The position numbers and the translations under genes are program-made. A DNA stretch of 526 bases, from sequence record EF517084.1; one strand, given 5' to 3'. This stretch comes from a phage. The notes under the pieces were generated by a model. The model did no database searches and had not been told where the DNA came from. It saw only the letters and a list, made by a program, of their open reading frames with translations. Shown here in pieces: positions 1-526 of the stretch (position 1 is its first letter; the number at the start of each line of letters is the position of its first letter).

Positions 1-1
1 G

Positions 2-238
2 GAAGGGACTCGTCCGGTTAAACAGGTTGCTGGCGGTCTAGCTGGTTTGGCTAGTGGTACTGGTGAAGCACAGATGGTGGTAGTACCACAAGCTGCCGCA
101 CAGATTGTTGACGTACCTGAGAAAGAGGTTTCCACTGAGGACGAAGCACAGACAGAAAGCGGACACAAAAAAGCTCGTGCTGGCGGTAAGAAATTCTTGA
201 GTGTAACCCGTAGCTCCGGTGACGGTATCAACATTTAA
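2..238 (+). CDS. 7.3: 3' end of a gp7.3-like virion/tail-associated protein gene of a T7-like phage (5' end lies upstream of the window)
   Basis: Frame 2 is open from position 2 with no upstream stop, ending at TAA 236-238. Translation: EGTRPVKQVAGGLAGLASGTGEAQMVVVPQAAAQIVDVPEKEVSTEDEAQTESGHKKARAGGKKFLSVTRSSGDGINI. The ORF-track start at 47 is a TTG inside this frame, so the reported 63-aa ORF is a truncation artefact. The sequence closely resembles the C-terminus of T7 gp7.3 as I remember it (not checked), and it sits directly upstream of an HNH endonuclease gene as in T7. Confidence 0.8.
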   Translation, partial: EGTRPVKQVAGGLAGLASGTGEAQMVVVPQAAAQIVDVPEKEVSTEDEAQTESGHKKARAGGKKFLSVTRSSGDGINI

Positions 239-240
239 TC

Positions 241-246
241 AGGAGG
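241..246 (+). promoter_or_regulatory. Shine-Dalgarno ribosome-binding site (AGGAGG) for the downstream HNH endonuclease gene
   Basis: Perfect AGGAGG at 241-246, followed by a 5-nt spacer (ttatc) and GTG at 252. It lies 2 nt after the TAA stop of the upstream gene. Confidence 0.65.
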
Positions 247-251
247 TTATC

Positions 252-526
252 GTGGAAAACTGCATTGAATGGACCGGAAGTGTCAACTCTAAGGGTTATG
301 GTCGTAAGTGAATTAATGATAAACTTGTGACTCCACATAGGCATATCTATGAGGAAACATATGGTCCAGTTCCAACAAGAATTGTGGTGATGCATATCTG
401 CGATAACCCTAGGTGCTATAACATAAAGCACCTTACGCTTGGAACTCCAAAGGATAATTTCGAGGACATGGTTACCAAAGGTAGACAGGCTAAAAGAGAG
501 GAACTAAGCAAGAAACTTACAGAGTC
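252..526 (+). pseudogene. 7.7: HNH homing endonuclease gene (T7 gp7.7-like), interrupted by an in-frame TGA at 309-311; 3' end beyond the window
   Basis: GTG 252 with SD. Translation: VENCIEWTGSVNSKGYGRK*, then the same frame stays open to the window end: INDKLVTPHRHIYEETYGPVPTRIVVMHICDNPRCYNIKHLTLGTPKDNFEDMVTKGRQAKREELSKKLTE. The GYGR motif upstream of the stop and the HRH...HICDNPRCYNIKHL...DN core downstream are typical of phage HNH_3-type endonucleases. The single stop falls between two conserved blocks, with no frameshift. Not in the ORF track because the frame is split by the stop and runs off the window. Confidence 0.7.

Noticed and set aside
77-89. 13-bp palindrome GTGGTA-g-TACCAC
   Set aside because: Short, inside coding sequence (MVVVP), with a 1-nt spacer that cannot form a stable hairpin loop. 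Most likely coincidental.
47-238. ORF-track call of a 63-aa protein starting at position 47
   Set aside because: Codon 47-49 is TTG inside a frame that is open back to position 2. The real gene starts upstream of the window, so this is a C-terminal fragment and not a small protein.
309-311. TGA as selenocysteine or as a sense codon under an alternative genetic code (Trp in code 4, Gly in code 25)
   Set aside because: There is no convincing SECIS-like hairpin in the AT-rich sequence just downstream. The gene uses TGG for Trp elsewhere (270-272), and the sequence looks like an enterobacterial T7-group phage that uses the standard code.
325-353. Weak sigma70-like -35/-10 (TTGTGA ... TATGAG) in the AT-rich stretch after the stop
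   Set aside because: Poor match to consensus, and created in part by the G->A changes. No support for a real promoter.
361-390. Short +1-frame ORF (ATG 361, MVQFQQELW, stop at 388-390) preceded by an SD-like GAGGA
   Set aside because: Nine codons, embedded in the conserved HNH frame. The GAGGA is simply the Glu-Glu codons of the endonuclease. Chance ORF.
228-431. 67-aa minus-strand ORF from the six-frame track
   Set aside because: It is in exact codon-antisense register with the + strand HNH reading frame and overlaps the end of the upstream gene. It has no recognisable RBS or motif, and T7-group genomes are transcribed on one strand. It is a shadow ORF.
1-526. Search for a T7 RNA polymerase promoter (TAATACGACTCACTATAGGGAGA), RNase III site, terminator hairpin, tRNA or CRISPR repeats
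   Set aside because: None found on either strand. The window is coding from end to end apart from the 13-nt junction.

Overview
This window appears to be the gene 7.3 / gene 7.7 junction of a T7-like coliphage (Autographiviridae, T7 group). It holds the 3' end of a gp7.3-like virion/tail protein gene (frame open from the window edge to TAA at 236-238), an AGGAGG ribosome-binding site, and the 5' part of an HNH homing-endonuclease gene (gp7.7-like) starting at GTG 252 and running off the window. The endonuclease frame is broken by one in-frame TGA at 309-311 (codon 20), while the HNH core downstream stays open in the same frame, so I call it a disrupted gene or pseudogene. Compared from memory with phage T7, almost every difference I can reconstruct is a G->A or C->T transition on the + strand, which would suggest mutagenised or deaminase-edited T7 rather than a natural relative. 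That comparison is unverified and needs a real alignment. I see no RNA genes, CRISPR, promoters or terminators, and no evidence for a new multi-gene system in 526 bp.
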